From a virus (lineage: Duplodnaviria > Caudoviricetes): DNA of 24,727 bases. Below are positions 1 to 7,929 of the stretch, one piece after another; position 1 is the stretch's first letter; every line of letters starts with the position of its first letter. Location: IMG/VR virus record IMGVR_UViG_3300033412_000060, positions 1 through 24,727 of that record, one strand, 5' to 3'. The notes beneath the pieces are model-generated. The model did no database searches and was not told the DNA's origin. It saw only the letters and a list, made by a program, of their open reading frames with translations. Position numbers and translations under genes: made by a program.

Positions 1-2
1 TA

Positions 3-95
3 TCCACGCTGCTCGGCGATCAGTACAACGAAGAAACGCAGCTGGCCTGCGCCGGCAAACTGTTCACGGGTGCAGAAGTTACGAAGACCCATTGA
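3..95 (+). CDS. 3' end of a truncated hypothetical phage protein (...STLLGDQYNEETQLACAGKLFTGAEVTKTH*)
   Basis: Frame is open from the window edge to TGA at 93-95, co-directional with downstream genes. The stop codon lies inside the -35 box of the next promoter. Confidence 0.5.
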   Translation, partial: STLLGDQYNEETQLACAGKLFTGAEVTKTH

Positions 96-120
96 CAGCC
101 GCAACGCAGTGTGGTATAGT
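92..120 (+). promoter_or_regulatory. sigma70-type promoter P1
   Basis: TTGACA (92-97), 17-bp spacer ending in extended -10 TGG, TATAGT (115-120); upstream of the 183 ATG. Confidence 0.8.
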
Positions 121-182
121 AAGGTGTCGCTGATGAGGGCGGCACCAACCAAACGCGTAGAATTAAAAATCGGAGCAAGACA

Positions 183-1121
183 ATGGCCAACAAAATCCAC
201 CACGCCCAGCTGCGGCAAGCCGAGCAGTACGGGTTCACACTCGAAGACAAACCGCCGCATGTTCGGGCATTCCACCCAGCCACCGCTACTCAGGTTTTCG
301 GCGTGTCCGCCAAGGACGCGATCGCACAGATGCTGGCAGTGCAGAACATATACGACAAACACGAGTCGCTGCGCTACGTGGCGAGCAGCGAGACACCCAA
401 CACCGGGTTCCTACGCCAGATCGACGGCAACACCGAAGTGTCGGCGGGATACCACACGCCAGTCGAACTATACCGATTGCTGAGCAGCGAAGAACTGGAA
501 TTCACCGATCCTGAGGCGGAGCGCGACGATTTCGACGCGGACCCCGGTACGCAGGTCGTCGTCACCGATGAATTCCAGCCCGATCCGGACCCCAAGCCCG
601 AAGTCGACGACACACCGCTGATCAAACGCAACGAGGCCGGTGTGGCGCTCGATGGTGCGGTCGCCTACAAGGAAGGCGTGATGGCAGCTGACTGCCCGTT
701 CGAAGACGGCGACGAGCGCGCCGACCTGTGGTTCGAACAGTGGGATCAAGCCGCTGATGACAACACCGAAAGCGAGGAAGACGGCAAGGGCGGCTCCGTC
801 GTCAAGTCGCGGTATCGCCAAATCTACAAAGAACTCGGCCACCCGAACCATTGCGGCGACTGGCTGGCCGATCTGCTCAACAACTACTGCATTGGCGACA
901 AGAACACCGACACGGCGATGGTCGAGCGCATCTGCAACATGAACGGCGTGAGCCTCGACAAATACAACCGCACCACGCCGGGTTGGCAGGGCAGATTACG
1001 AATGACCGGGCGCAATCTGCTGGCGCGTGTCGTCTGGAAGAATAAGCAGGTCGATACGCCTGACGGCATCAAGCCTGCTCCGGCTGACTGGCTTTCGGCG
1101 CAACGCTTCAAGGAGGCATGA
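183..1121 (+). CDS. hypothetical early protein: acidic linker, RMF/CrpP-like motif and C-terminal domain paralogous to 5253..5846
   Basis: 312-aa ORF with GGAG SD. GAVAYKEG-x5-CPF-x9-WFEQW resembles the Rmf/CrpP motif. C-terminal SVVKSRY...QGRLRMTGRNLLA aligns by eye to the 197-aa ORF. Confidence 0.8.
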   Translation: MANKIHHAQLRQAEQYGFTLEDKPPHVRAFHPATATQVFGVSAKDAIAQMLAVQNIYDKHESLRYVASSETPNTGFLRQIDGNTEVSAGYHTPVELYRLLSSEELEFTDPEAERDDFDADPGTQVVVTDEFQPDPDPKPEVDDTPLIKRNEAGVALDGAVAYKEGVMAADCPFEDGDERADLWFEQWDQAADDNTESEEDGKGGSVVKSRYRQIYKELGHPNHCGDWLADLLNNYCIGDKNTDTAMVERICNMNGVSLDKYNRTTPGWQGRLRMTGRNLLARVVWKNKQVDTPDGIKPAPADWLSAQRFKEA

Positions 1122-1123
1122 GA

Positions 1124-1375
1124 ATGAGCCGCTACCAAGGAACCAACTTCATCGCGGTGCGTATCGACGAGACGTCGTCTAGTCTTGACGATGCACTGCG
1201 CGACGTCACAAAGGTCACCGACGCTGTCTCGCAGCGTTCCATGATTGCGGCGGAGATCGCTAAGGTGGCTGAACCCGGGGAAAAATGGCTGGTGCTTCAG
1301 ACCGTTGCTGTATACGACACCGCCGAGGTGCCGCAGCCGAAGGTCACCACCCACCTTTCGGTGGAGTACAAGTGA
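1124..1375 (+). CDS. hypothetical phage protein
   Basis: AGGAGG at 1111-1116 fits the ATG at 1124 (alternative ATG 1118); TGATG coupling to the next gene. Confidence 0.7.
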   Translation: MSRYQGTNFIAVRIDETSSSLDDALRDVTKVTDAVSQRSMIAAEIAKVAEPGEKWLVLQTVAVYDTAEVPQPKVTTHLSVEYK

Positions 1376-1764
1376 TGGCGATCGATATCAAGGCGGAGAT
1401 GCGCCGAAAGGCGGATCAGAAGCAGATCGACGAAATGGTGAAGGAACTGATGCGCGACCCGCTGATGGTTCCTTCCCAAATTCAGCTGCTCGATCGCTGC
1501 TATCGCCCATACAAGCAGGTGCTGCAAGGCGCCTATGAACGCGGTGACGATGTTCATCGATTCCTCGGCGCGGTCGCTGCGCTGTCGGCTGACATGGTGC
1601 TGGACTTCCTGATGCGCACCATTCCTAACAGCCAGCCAGAAATGGTGGTACGAGTGGCGCAGTCGTACACCGACATGTTCGGGCAGGTGCTTAACGAAGG
1701 CTTGACCGCCTACATAGGCCAGCCGGCACCCGCCCCGCAGCCCGCACCGGCTAACGACGGCTAG
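1375..1764 (+). CDS. hypothetical phage protein (MAIDIKAEM..., Pro-rich C-terminus)
   Basis: ATG 1375 overlaps the previous TGA; GGAG SD; 129 aa. Confidence 0.7.
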   Translation: MAIDIKAEMRRKADQKQIDEMVKELMRDPLMVPSQIQLLDRCYRPYKQVLQGAYERGDDVHRFLGAVAALSADMVLDFLMRTIPNSQPEMVVRVAQSYTDMFGQVLNEGLTAYIGQPAPAPQPAPANDG

Positions 1765-1850
1765 GCGCACCGTACGCCACAGCAGCCCGCCACTAGGCGG
1801 GCATGGCACTAGCTACACACCAGCAGCGCGCGCTGCGTATGGAGGAAGTA

Positions 1851-2066
1851 ATGGACTTCGATCAAGTTAATGCTGAGTACCTAGGTGATGGCGTTTACGC
1901 CCAGTTCGACGGGTTCCATCTGTGGCTATTCACCCACAACGGCTACGAGGCTACGAATGAAATAGCCTTGGACCCTGAGACGTACTCTGCTCTAGTGGAG
2001 TACGTCGAAAAGAAACTGAAGCCCGCCAACATCGCTGCGCAGGAGGCTGCCAATGCGAAAGGATAA
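1851..2066 (+). CDS. small hypothetical phage protein (YLGDGVYAQFDG...IALDP motif)
   Basis: GGAGGA at 1841-1846 precedes ATG 1851; the ORF-track start at 1803 lacks an SD and abuts a hairpin. Confidence 0.7.
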   Translation: MDFDQVNAEYLGDGVYAQFDGFHLWLFTHNGYEATNEIALDPETYSALVEYVEKKLKPANIAAQEAANAKG

Positions 2067-2250
2067 TAACGGCAGTGAGCACCCCGGCAATCCCGACGGC
2101 AGCGCTGTCGATAAACGGCAGCATCCGGCGTTTCCATACATCAAGCAGGTGATGGAACAGGCGCTGTACAAGTACTTCATCGACGAGGCTATGGTCGATC
2201 ACACGTCGATGAAAATCGTAGATCGACTCAAACAAGTGGGGTTGCTATGA
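2053..2250 (+). CDS. hypothetical phage protein
   Basis: AGGAGG at 2041-2046; ATGA overlap with the next gene. Confidence 0.6.
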   Translation: MRKDNNGSEHPGNPDGSAVDKRQHPAFPYIKQVMEQALYKYFIDEAMVDHTSMKIVDRLKQVGLL

Positions 2251-2498
2251 CAACGAAAGCAGAATACATGGACTATGCCAGTCGCTGTAAGAAGGCCGAC
2301 TGGTATTACGACTACTCCGACGATCATTCGGTGTACACTCGGGGCCGTAATGAAATCGGCGGCTTGCAGGCGGAAGCCAAAGCCGACCCGATCAAGCAGC
2401 AGCTGTACGATGCGTTGAAGAATTCAGGCTGGAAAAATGGCCCCACGCCGGAACAGGCTGCGGCGTCGATCGATTCAATTCTTCAGGGCGTCAATTGA
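2247..2498 (+). CDS. hypothetical phage protein (DWYYDYSDDHSVY..G motif)
   Basis: 83-aa ORF coupled to the upstream gene; its stop codon is part of the -35 box of P2. Confidence 0.7.
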   Translation: MTTKAEYMDYASRCKKADWYYDYSDDHSVYTRGRNEIGGLQAEAKADPIKQQLYDALKNSGWKNGPTPEQAAASIDSILQGVN

Positions 2499-2523
2499 CA
2501 CGCGGCTAGCCGCGTGCTATACT
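2495..2523 (+). promoter_or_regulatory. sigma70-type promoter P2 with an 18-bp perfect palindrome across the spacer
   Basis: TTGACA (2495-2500), 17-bp spacer, TGC, TATACT (2518-2523); CACGCGGCTAGCCGCGTG at 2499-2516 is self-complementary. Confidence 0.8.
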
Positions 2524-2530
2524 ACCACTT

Positions 2531-2618
2531 GCTCCGTGGTGAATCGTGCGGCGGGACTCGGGACGGCCATCCCCCCGTCGCACTTTCACAGCATCGGAGC
2601 GGCGGAAAATCCACGGGG
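2531..2618 (+). promoter_or_regulatory. structured 5' leader of the primase-helicase mRNA
   Basis: Nested pairings GCTCCG/CGGAGC, GTGAA/TTCAC, GTGCGGCGGG/CCCGTCGCAC and GGGA/TCCC form a ~70-nt rod (2531-2600). Confidence 0.55.
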
Positions 2619-2626
2619 TCATTGCT

Positions 2627-5155
2627 ATGGAATTAGTCAAGGGTGGGTATTCCATCCGATCAGAGGACCGGCGTCTCCTCAACAATCAGCGCGCCATCAC
2701 CAAGAAAGTGAATGACAATTTCATTCAGGTGGGCGCGGTCTTCCTGAAGATGTCAGGCAAGATACCCATCAGCGACGATTGGGCGAAGTCCAATTTCCAC
2801 GACACCAACCTTCAGGACTGGATTGATAATGAGGAACTTCAGGACCGTAACGTCGGCTTTAACCTACAGCAAGGATGGCTTGATATTGACATCGATGCTG
2901 CGGACCCATCGCTTAACGCTTGTATACTCGCAGCACTCGCACACTGTAATGTCGATACCCGGTTTCGGTTTGGGCGTCGCTCTGTCGGGTTCCCCACCCA
3001 CATCCTCGTCCAATTAGGCGAGGAAGAATCCGCCAACTTCGACACGTTGAAGAAGTTCGAACCCAAAGCATTCATGGTGAATGGCAAGCGCTGCCACGTC
3101 GAGCTACGGTCGATGGAAACCGACGCAACACCTAAGAAGAATGCTAACTACGTTGCCAAACAGACAGTGATGCCGGGTTCCATATATTCTCACAAGACCG
3201 TCGCGAATGAGTACGACATTTCGGTGTGGTATGACAAAGATGGGAAGCCCGCCGAAAGCATGAACCAGGTCGCGGCTACGACGCCGCGCAAGACCAATTT
3301 CAAGGACCTAATCCGCTCCATCGCTTTCGGTGTGTTCTTGTATTCGATGCTGCCGCACTGGGTCGAGGGTCAGCGACAGACGACGGCAGCGAAAATAAGT
3401 GGGTGGTTGGCGCGCGTCGTCAGGGATAGCCGCGCCATGAACAATCATGAGGTAGTCAGTGCCGATGTTTGGTGTCCTGTTGACGACGATAGCGTTGTCG
3501 AATCCATGTTGCATTTCGTCTGCAAGTATATGGGCGACGAAGAACCATACATGCGCGTTCGTGCTTATCACGATGCCATGGGTAAGCTGGAGCGAAACCC
3601 GGACGCGAAAATCCCCGGATGGCCAGTCATCGAAAACATGCTGGGCGGGGAACTCGTCAATGCGCTTCGAACAGTGTTCACGCCCGGCTCCGACGTCTCG
3701 GTGTTGACCAAACTCGCAGACCGGTACGTGTACGATGAGAATACAAATGAGTACATCGATAGGCAACGGCACGTCAAGGGTGGCAAGTACAGCCACGAGA
3801 GCAACGAATTGATGACGCGCCACAAACATGAGGTGATTCGCATCAATGGCAAACCTAAAGAAGCTTTCAAGGTATTTGAGTCTTCCGATATGCGCCGCCG
3901 TGTGGATATCAAGAATCTTTATCCTGATCTGGCAGCTGGCGGTATTTTTCGCATTGCTCCTACTGGAGACATACTGTCTGATGATGATGGCGAGGAAGCA
4001 GCAACAGTTGTTTTCAATTCTTGGCGAGGGTGGCCGGTCCAACCAACTCAAAACTACAACGAAGCACTGATGAAGGACTTGATCGAGCGGCTCGACAGGC
4101 TGCTCGGCTATCTAACCAGCGATAACGAAAGGCAAATAGATTGGGTAAAAAAGTGGCTCGCCTGGACGTTCCAGCATCCTGGGGTCAAGCAGCAGATCGC
4201 ATGGGTGTGTATTGGCGGGCAGGGCGTGGGGAAGTCTTTTTTCGGTACTACATTTATGAAGGCGCTAATGGGGCGACTATGGGGGCAAGCTTCGTCGAAA
4301 GTGATGGAAGGCGGATTTTCGATCGAGCCTTTCATCGACAATATGTTGGTGTTCCTAGACGAGGCAAAGTTTAACGGCGACGGCGCGACCGAAGAAATCA
4401 AGAAAATCGTCCGCAATGTCGATATCGGCGGCGTGGAAAAGTTCAAATCTTCCGATAACTACCGCATCTTCTCCCGCGTCATGTTCGCTTCAAACCGATT
4501 TGATCTCAACATCGGACAGGCCAACGTTATTGACCGTGCGATGTTCTACACTAAAGCGTATGATAAAGAGAACTTGAACATGACTGAAATGGAGTTCCGG
4601 GTGTGGGCCGAGAAGCTCAAGCCATGGTTCGCCGAAATGAAGGAGCTACTTGATCGGCGCGACGTCCGCGAGCATTACATCAAGTATCTGATGGAGTACC
4701 CGACGACGCTGATCGAAGTCGAATCTATCAAGTATTCCAGCAGCAACGATCCGATCGTCGTTGTGGGCAATATGTCGTGGCCGCGTCGCATCGCCAAATA
4801 TATGCTCGAAGAGGCGCGCATCCTAGAAGATATGGACATTTGCTATCCGTTCACCATGTCCAACTTCAATGAGCGGGTGGCTGAGGTGACCCGGCTGCTG
4901 GGCTTCAAGACGGTTCAGGGGCAGCGCGTCTTACATGAGTTCCAGGACGCTGGGCTGATTCATCGACACGTCGAAGGAGCCAAGGCATATCTGCGGTTTA
5001 CCAAGAAGTGGGGCGACACCATCGATACTTTCGGTGCGGCAACGGGTGCCCCAATGGAACCACAGTTCGAAATCACCGAAAATGACCGTGGGATGAACGA
5101 CTGCACCACTGACAACCGGATCGTGTGGCGCGGCAGCAAGGCGTATAAGTTCTGA
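2627..5155 (+). CDS. primase-polymerase (AEP/PrimPol-like) fused to D5/DUF5906-type SF3 helicase
   Basis: N-terminal DIDID acidic motif with downstream His (PTH). C-terminal Walker A GGQGVGKS, Walker B LVFLDE, EKFK and FASN motifs. ATG 2627 preferred over GTG 2546, which lies inside the leader hairpin. Confidence 0.85.
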   Translation: MELVKGGYSIRSEDRRLLNNQRAITKKVNDNFIQVGAVFLKMSGKIPISDDWAKSNFHDTNLQDWIDNEELQDRNVGFNLQQGWLDIDIDAADPSLNACILAALAHCNVDTRFRFGRRSVGFPTHILVQLGEEESANFDTLKKFEPKAFMVNGKRCHVELRSMETDATPKKNANYVAKQTVMPGSIYSHKTVANEYDISVWYDKDGKPAESMNQVAATTPRKTNFKDLIRSIAFGVFLYSMLPHWVEGQRQTTAAKISGWLARVVRDSRAMNNHEVVSADVWCPVDDDSVVESMLHFVCKYMGDEEPYMRVRAYHDAMGKLERNPDAKIPGWPVIENMLGGELVNALRTVFTPGSDVSVLTKLADRYVYDENTNEYIDRQRHVKGGKYSHESNELMTRHKHEVIRINGKPKEAFKVFESSDMRRRVDIKNLYPDLAAGGIFRIAPTGDILSDDDGEEAATVVFNSWRGWPVQPTQNYNEALMKDLIERLDRLLGYLTSDNERQIDWVKKWLAWTFQHPGVKQQIAWVCIGGQGVGKSFFGTTFMKALMGRLWGQASSKVMEGGFSIEPFIDNMLVFLDEAKFNGDGATEEIKKIVRNVDIGGVEKFKSSDNYRIFSRVMFASNRFDLNIGQANVIDRAMFYTKAYDKENLNMTEMEFRVWAEKLKPWFAEMKELLDRRDVREHYIKYLMEYPTTLIEVESIKYSSSNDPIVVVGNMSWPRRIAKYMLEEARILEDMDICYPFTMSNFNERVAEVTRLLGFKTVQGQRVLHEFQDAGLIHRHVEGAKAYLRFTKKWGDTIDTFGAATGAPMEPQFEITENDRGMNDCTTDNRIVWRGSKAYKF

Positions 5156-5179
5156 ATGCACGAGTGTTCCGAAGGGGAC

Positions 5180-5208
5180 TTGACTGGGACCATCCACTGT
5201 GATATGAT
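5180..5208 (+). promoter_or_regulatory. sigma70-type promoter P3
   Basis: TTGACT (5180-5185), 17-bp spacer, TGA, TATGAT (5203-5208); followed by AGGAGA SD and ATG 5253. Confidence 0.8.
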
Positions 5209-5252
5209 GATCCCAGGTTAAGCAATCAAGCCGACACCGACAGGAGATCAAG

Positions 5253-5846
5253 ATGTCCCGAATTTCGTTCCTCGCCGCGTCGTACGTCGCGGCTTTGATG
5301 ACCCCCATGCTGTTCGCCCCCGACGCCGAGACGTCTGCTGCTTCGGCGGCGCAGTCCAACACCGAGGCTGCCAAGAAGTCGATCGTCCCGGCCAAATATG
5401 CCGGCAAATACCGCGGCGCTCAGGATGATCTGGCGAAGTTCATCGATGCCCAGTGCCAGACCGAGGGCAAGTTCGACTACGACAAGTTCTTCACGCTGTG
5501 CAAGAGCAACGGCCTCGACGTTGCCAAGGTCGATCACTACCAGTCGCAGGTCGCCCAGAAGCTGCATGGCTCGCAGGGCCGCGCCAGAATGACGCTGCGA
5601 AATATGCTCGCCACCATCGTTCGCAAGGACGGCAAGCTCAAGGGCCTGGATGGCGCTGAAACCGGCATTACGATCGCGAAACCGGCTCTGACCGGCGCGG
5701 CGGCGAAGGCTCACGAAACCGCCCAGACGGCTCCGGCCGATCAGGCCGAAACGTCGACGACGGAAACCGAGGGGGACGCGGGTGCTTTGACCGGCGATCC
5801 GGACCCCGTTGAAACGCAGTCGTCCGACCAGAGCGAAACGGCCTGA
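5253..5846 (+). CDS. hypothetical protein with central domain paralogous to the C-terminus of 183..1121 and an acidic tail
   Basis: 197 aa; own promoter, strong SD and terminator; SIVPAKY...QGRARMTLRNMLA motif. Confidence 0.85.
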   Translation: MSRISFLAASYVAALMTPMLFAPDAETSAASAAQSNTEAAKKSIVPAKYAGKYRGAQDDLAKFIDAQCQTEGKFDYDKFFTLCKSNGLDVAKVDHYQSQVAQKLHGSQGRARMTLRNMLATIVRKDGKLKGLDGAETGITIAKPALTGAAAKAHETAQTAPADQAETSTTETEGDAGALTGDPDPVETQSSDQSETA

Positions 5847-5870
5847 TCGTCAGCAGGTCGGTACCGCTCG

Positions 5871-5904
5871 ATGTCCGCCGCGTAGAGCCGGTGGACATTT
5901 TATT
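5871..5904 (+). terminator. probable intrinsic terminator
   Basis: ATGTCCGCCG / CGGTGGACAT 10-bp stem (one G-U) followed by a T-rich run, ~25 nt after the 5846 stop. Confidence 0.65.
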
Positions 5905-5920
5905 CCAATCCACCCTCCGC

Positions 5921-6111
5921 GCGGGCTAAGTCATATGCCTTCCCGTGGTGGAAATGGCCCGCTAACCCCGAGGCCAAAGGCTGTGAAAATATCGGGGAGT
6001 TGAACAACGCCGCACGCTTGCTAGGTACCCGAAGCTTAAGTGCGCATATAGTGTAGAGCTTAGCAAGTCACGACGCCGCCACCCCTCTTCGGAGTAAGTT
6101 TGGCGGCGTCG
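5921..6111 (+). ncRNA. candidate structured non-coding RNA or cis-regulatory leader (unassigned family)
   Basis: Four consecutive stems in a ~300-nt gap without a credible ORF, ending in an 11-bp perfect stem that encloses a C(UUCG)G tetraloop. Confidence 0.4.
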
Positions 6112-6142
6112 CTGTATTTAAACCCCAACAAGGAGAACGAAC

Positions 6143-6484
6143 ATGGATTCGTTACAAGCATCCGACGACCGTAGCAAGGCAGTGCAGCAAACGCCATGGC
6201 GCGTGTCGCTTGAAGCGATGAAGCGACGCGTGTCGACGGTAGAATACCTACACCCCGAGTCGATTCCACACATGACCATCTGCGTCATCCTGCTCAACAA
6301 CGGCTATGCGCTGCAAGGAATGTCGGCCCCGGCTGACCCGGCCAACTACAACGAAAAGCTGGGCGAGGAATTCGCCTACGAAGATGCGCTGCGCAAGATG
6401 TGGCCGCTCGAAGCCTACGTGATGCGCGATATGCTGACGGATAGCATTGACGTATTCGCCCCCAATGAACGCTGGGGTTCGTGA
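6143..6484 (+). CDS. Gp49 family (Phage_gp49_66-like) protein
   Basis: TICVILLNNGY..G.SAP.DP.NYN..LG...A...A..KMWPLEAY matches the family pattern; AGGAGA SD. Confidence 0.8.
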   Translation: MDSLQASDDRSKAVQQTPWRVSLEAMKRRVSTVEYLHPESIPHMTICVILLNNGYALQGMSAPADPANYNEKLGEEFAYEDALRKMWPLEAYVMRDMLTDSIDVFAPNERWGS

Positions 6485-6490
6485 CACTAC

Positions 6491-6519
6491 TTGACACTGC
6501 GGCCTCGTTGTGGTATGAT
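6491..6519 (+). promoter_or_regulatory. sigma70-type promoter P4
   Basis: TTGACA (6491-6496), 17-bp spacer, TGG, TATGAT (6514-6519). Confidence 0.8.
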
Positions 6520-6592
6520 AGCAGTACGATCCAAGGCGGATCGGTCAACGCAACGAGGCTAATCCAGCACTAACACTATCCTCAACGACGTC

Positions 6593-7054
6593 GTGGCCAA
6601 GGTCATCAACGTCACGTCAATGGTCCGGAAAGACACAGAAGCGGTGCTCGCATCCGGCGACGTCATCGAAGTCATTAAGCACTTCGACGCGCTCCGCAAG
6701 GCGATGGAGCAGATCAAGACCGCCCGCGAGGCGCTCGATCAACTCAAAGACCAGCTATCCACCGTCAGCATCCCGGACATGTTCCGTGCCCGCGACATCA
6801 AGAACATGAAAATCGAAGGCGTCGGCAGGTGCGGCGTCTCGTATCGGTTCAGCTGCTCGATCGTGGCGGATGACAAGCGGGTGGGCCATCAGTGGCTCAA
6901 AGACAACGGCTACCCGGATTTGGTCGTCGAGACGGTCAACTCCTCGACGCTTTCGGCTTTCGCAAAGAACTTGCTGGAGACGGAGGGTAAGGAACTGCCC
7001 GCCGAAATCTTCAAGACCAGTTCGTCGCCGTTCACATCTATCACCAAGGCTTAA
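6593..7054 (+). CDS. conserved phage replication-module protein (coiled coil plus WL...G..DLV..TVN..TLSAF motif)
   Basis: 153-aa ORF of a type commonly found before SSB-like genes. Start is uncertain: GTG 6593 has no clear SD and ATG 6620 is an alternative. Confidence 0.75.
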   Translation: MAKVINVTSMVRKDTEAVLASGDVIEVIKHFDALRKAMEQIKTAREALDQLKDQLSTVSIPDMFRARDIKNMKIEGVGRCGVSYRFSCSIVADDKRVGHQWLKDNGYPDLVVETVNSSTLSAFAKNLLETEGKELPAEIFKTSSSPFTSITKA

Positions 7055-7086
7055 TTAAGCCAAGACGCCGAAAGGAAATCTGTATT

Positions 7087-7929
7087 ATGAACGCTGTTAC
7101 CAAGACTGACTCTTCGCTTCCGGCCCACTTGCAGGGCGGCAAGTCTACCAGCTTCGGCAAGGTCGACGCCAAGGACCTGATTGTCCCGCGCGTCAAGCTG
7201 ATGCAGGCGACGTCGCCGGAGATGCAGACATTTGACGGCATCAAGATCGGCGACTTCTTCCACAACGTGCTGGAAGAAAGCTGGGGCCAGTCGGTCCGAA
7301 TCATCCCGATCATGCGCCGCAAGGAAATCGTCCTGTGGGCTCCGCGCGGCGACGAGCGCGGCATTCTCGCCCGGTCCCGCGATTGCATCCATTGGGACGA
7401 GGGGTTCGCTAACCTGAAGTTTGAGGTCAAGCTCAAGGGCGTCAAGGACCCGGTTACCTATGAAACCAAGGGCAACGTCGCCGAAAGCGGGCTGAGCGAA
7501 TTCGGATCGGCGATTCCCGGCGACGCCAAATCCCGGCCAGCAGCCAGCGAGACGCAGCGCATGTTGTTCGCGTCGCCCGACCACAAGGACGCTGGCCCGT
7601 TCCTCGTCATTAATACCCGTACGTCGCTCGCCCGCGCCAAGGGGCTGATCACCAAAATCGAAATGCGCCCCGTCGATCCGTGGGGCCAGGTCTACGTGAT
7701 GGGCACGTCCAACGAAAAGGGCGACGAGGGCGACTACAAGAACTACACCTATACCGCCGACGGCTACGCCTCCGAGGCCGACTTCAATTGGGCGCGCGAT
7801 CTCTATCTGCGCTTCAAGGACCTCGATTTCGGCGCTGCCGACGAGCACGACGACGCCTCCGATCCGGGTGCTGCCAAACCGAAAGACGACGCCGCAACCC
7901 GCGACGTGTCGGGCGTTAAAACATTCTGA
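7087..7929 (+). CDS. putative single-stranded DNA-binding protein
   Basis: 280 aa; DLIVPRVKLMQATSP N-terminal motif; acidic C-terminal tail ending in Phe; lies before the polymerase; AAGGA SD. Confidence 0.6.
   Translation: MNAVTKTDSSLPAHLQGGKSTSFGKVDAKDLIVPRVKLMQATSPEMQTFDGIKIGDFFHNVLEESWGQSVRIIPIMRRKEIVLWAPRGDERGILARSRDCIHWDEGFANLKFEVKLKGVKDPVTYETKGNVAESGLSEFGSAIPGDAKSRPAASETQRMLFASPDHKDAGPFLVINTRTSLARAKGLITKIEMRPVDPWGQVYVMGTSNEKGDEGDYKNYTYTADGYASEADFNWARDLYLRFKDLDFGAADEHDDASDPGAAKPKDDAATRDVSGVKTF

Noticed and set aside
1785-1802. Hairpin GCCCGCC-ACTA-GGCGGGC as a terminator
   Set aside because: The 7-bp stem is real but there is no U-tract on either strand, so function is unsupported.
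2546-2626. N-terminal extension of the primase from GTG 2546
   Set aside because: It lies within the leader hairpin and has no SD; ATG 2627 is more plausible.
3860-4350. Visibly more AT-rich stretch inside the primase-helicase as an origin or intein
   Set aside because: No iterons or intein terminal motifs are visible and I cannot quantify the composition shift.
5937-5970. HDV-like (theta) ribozyme: GCC-TTCCCGT-GGT resembles P3/L3 and GCTAA resembles J4/2
   Set aside because: I could not build P1 or a P2 adjacent to P3, so the double pseudoknot is incomplete. A descriptor-based search would settle it.
6555-6592. Non-canonical start for the 153-aa gene after GAGG at 6555-6558
   Set aside because: There is an in-frame TAA at 6560-6562 and no near-cognate start at proper spacing; this cannot be resolved without homologues.
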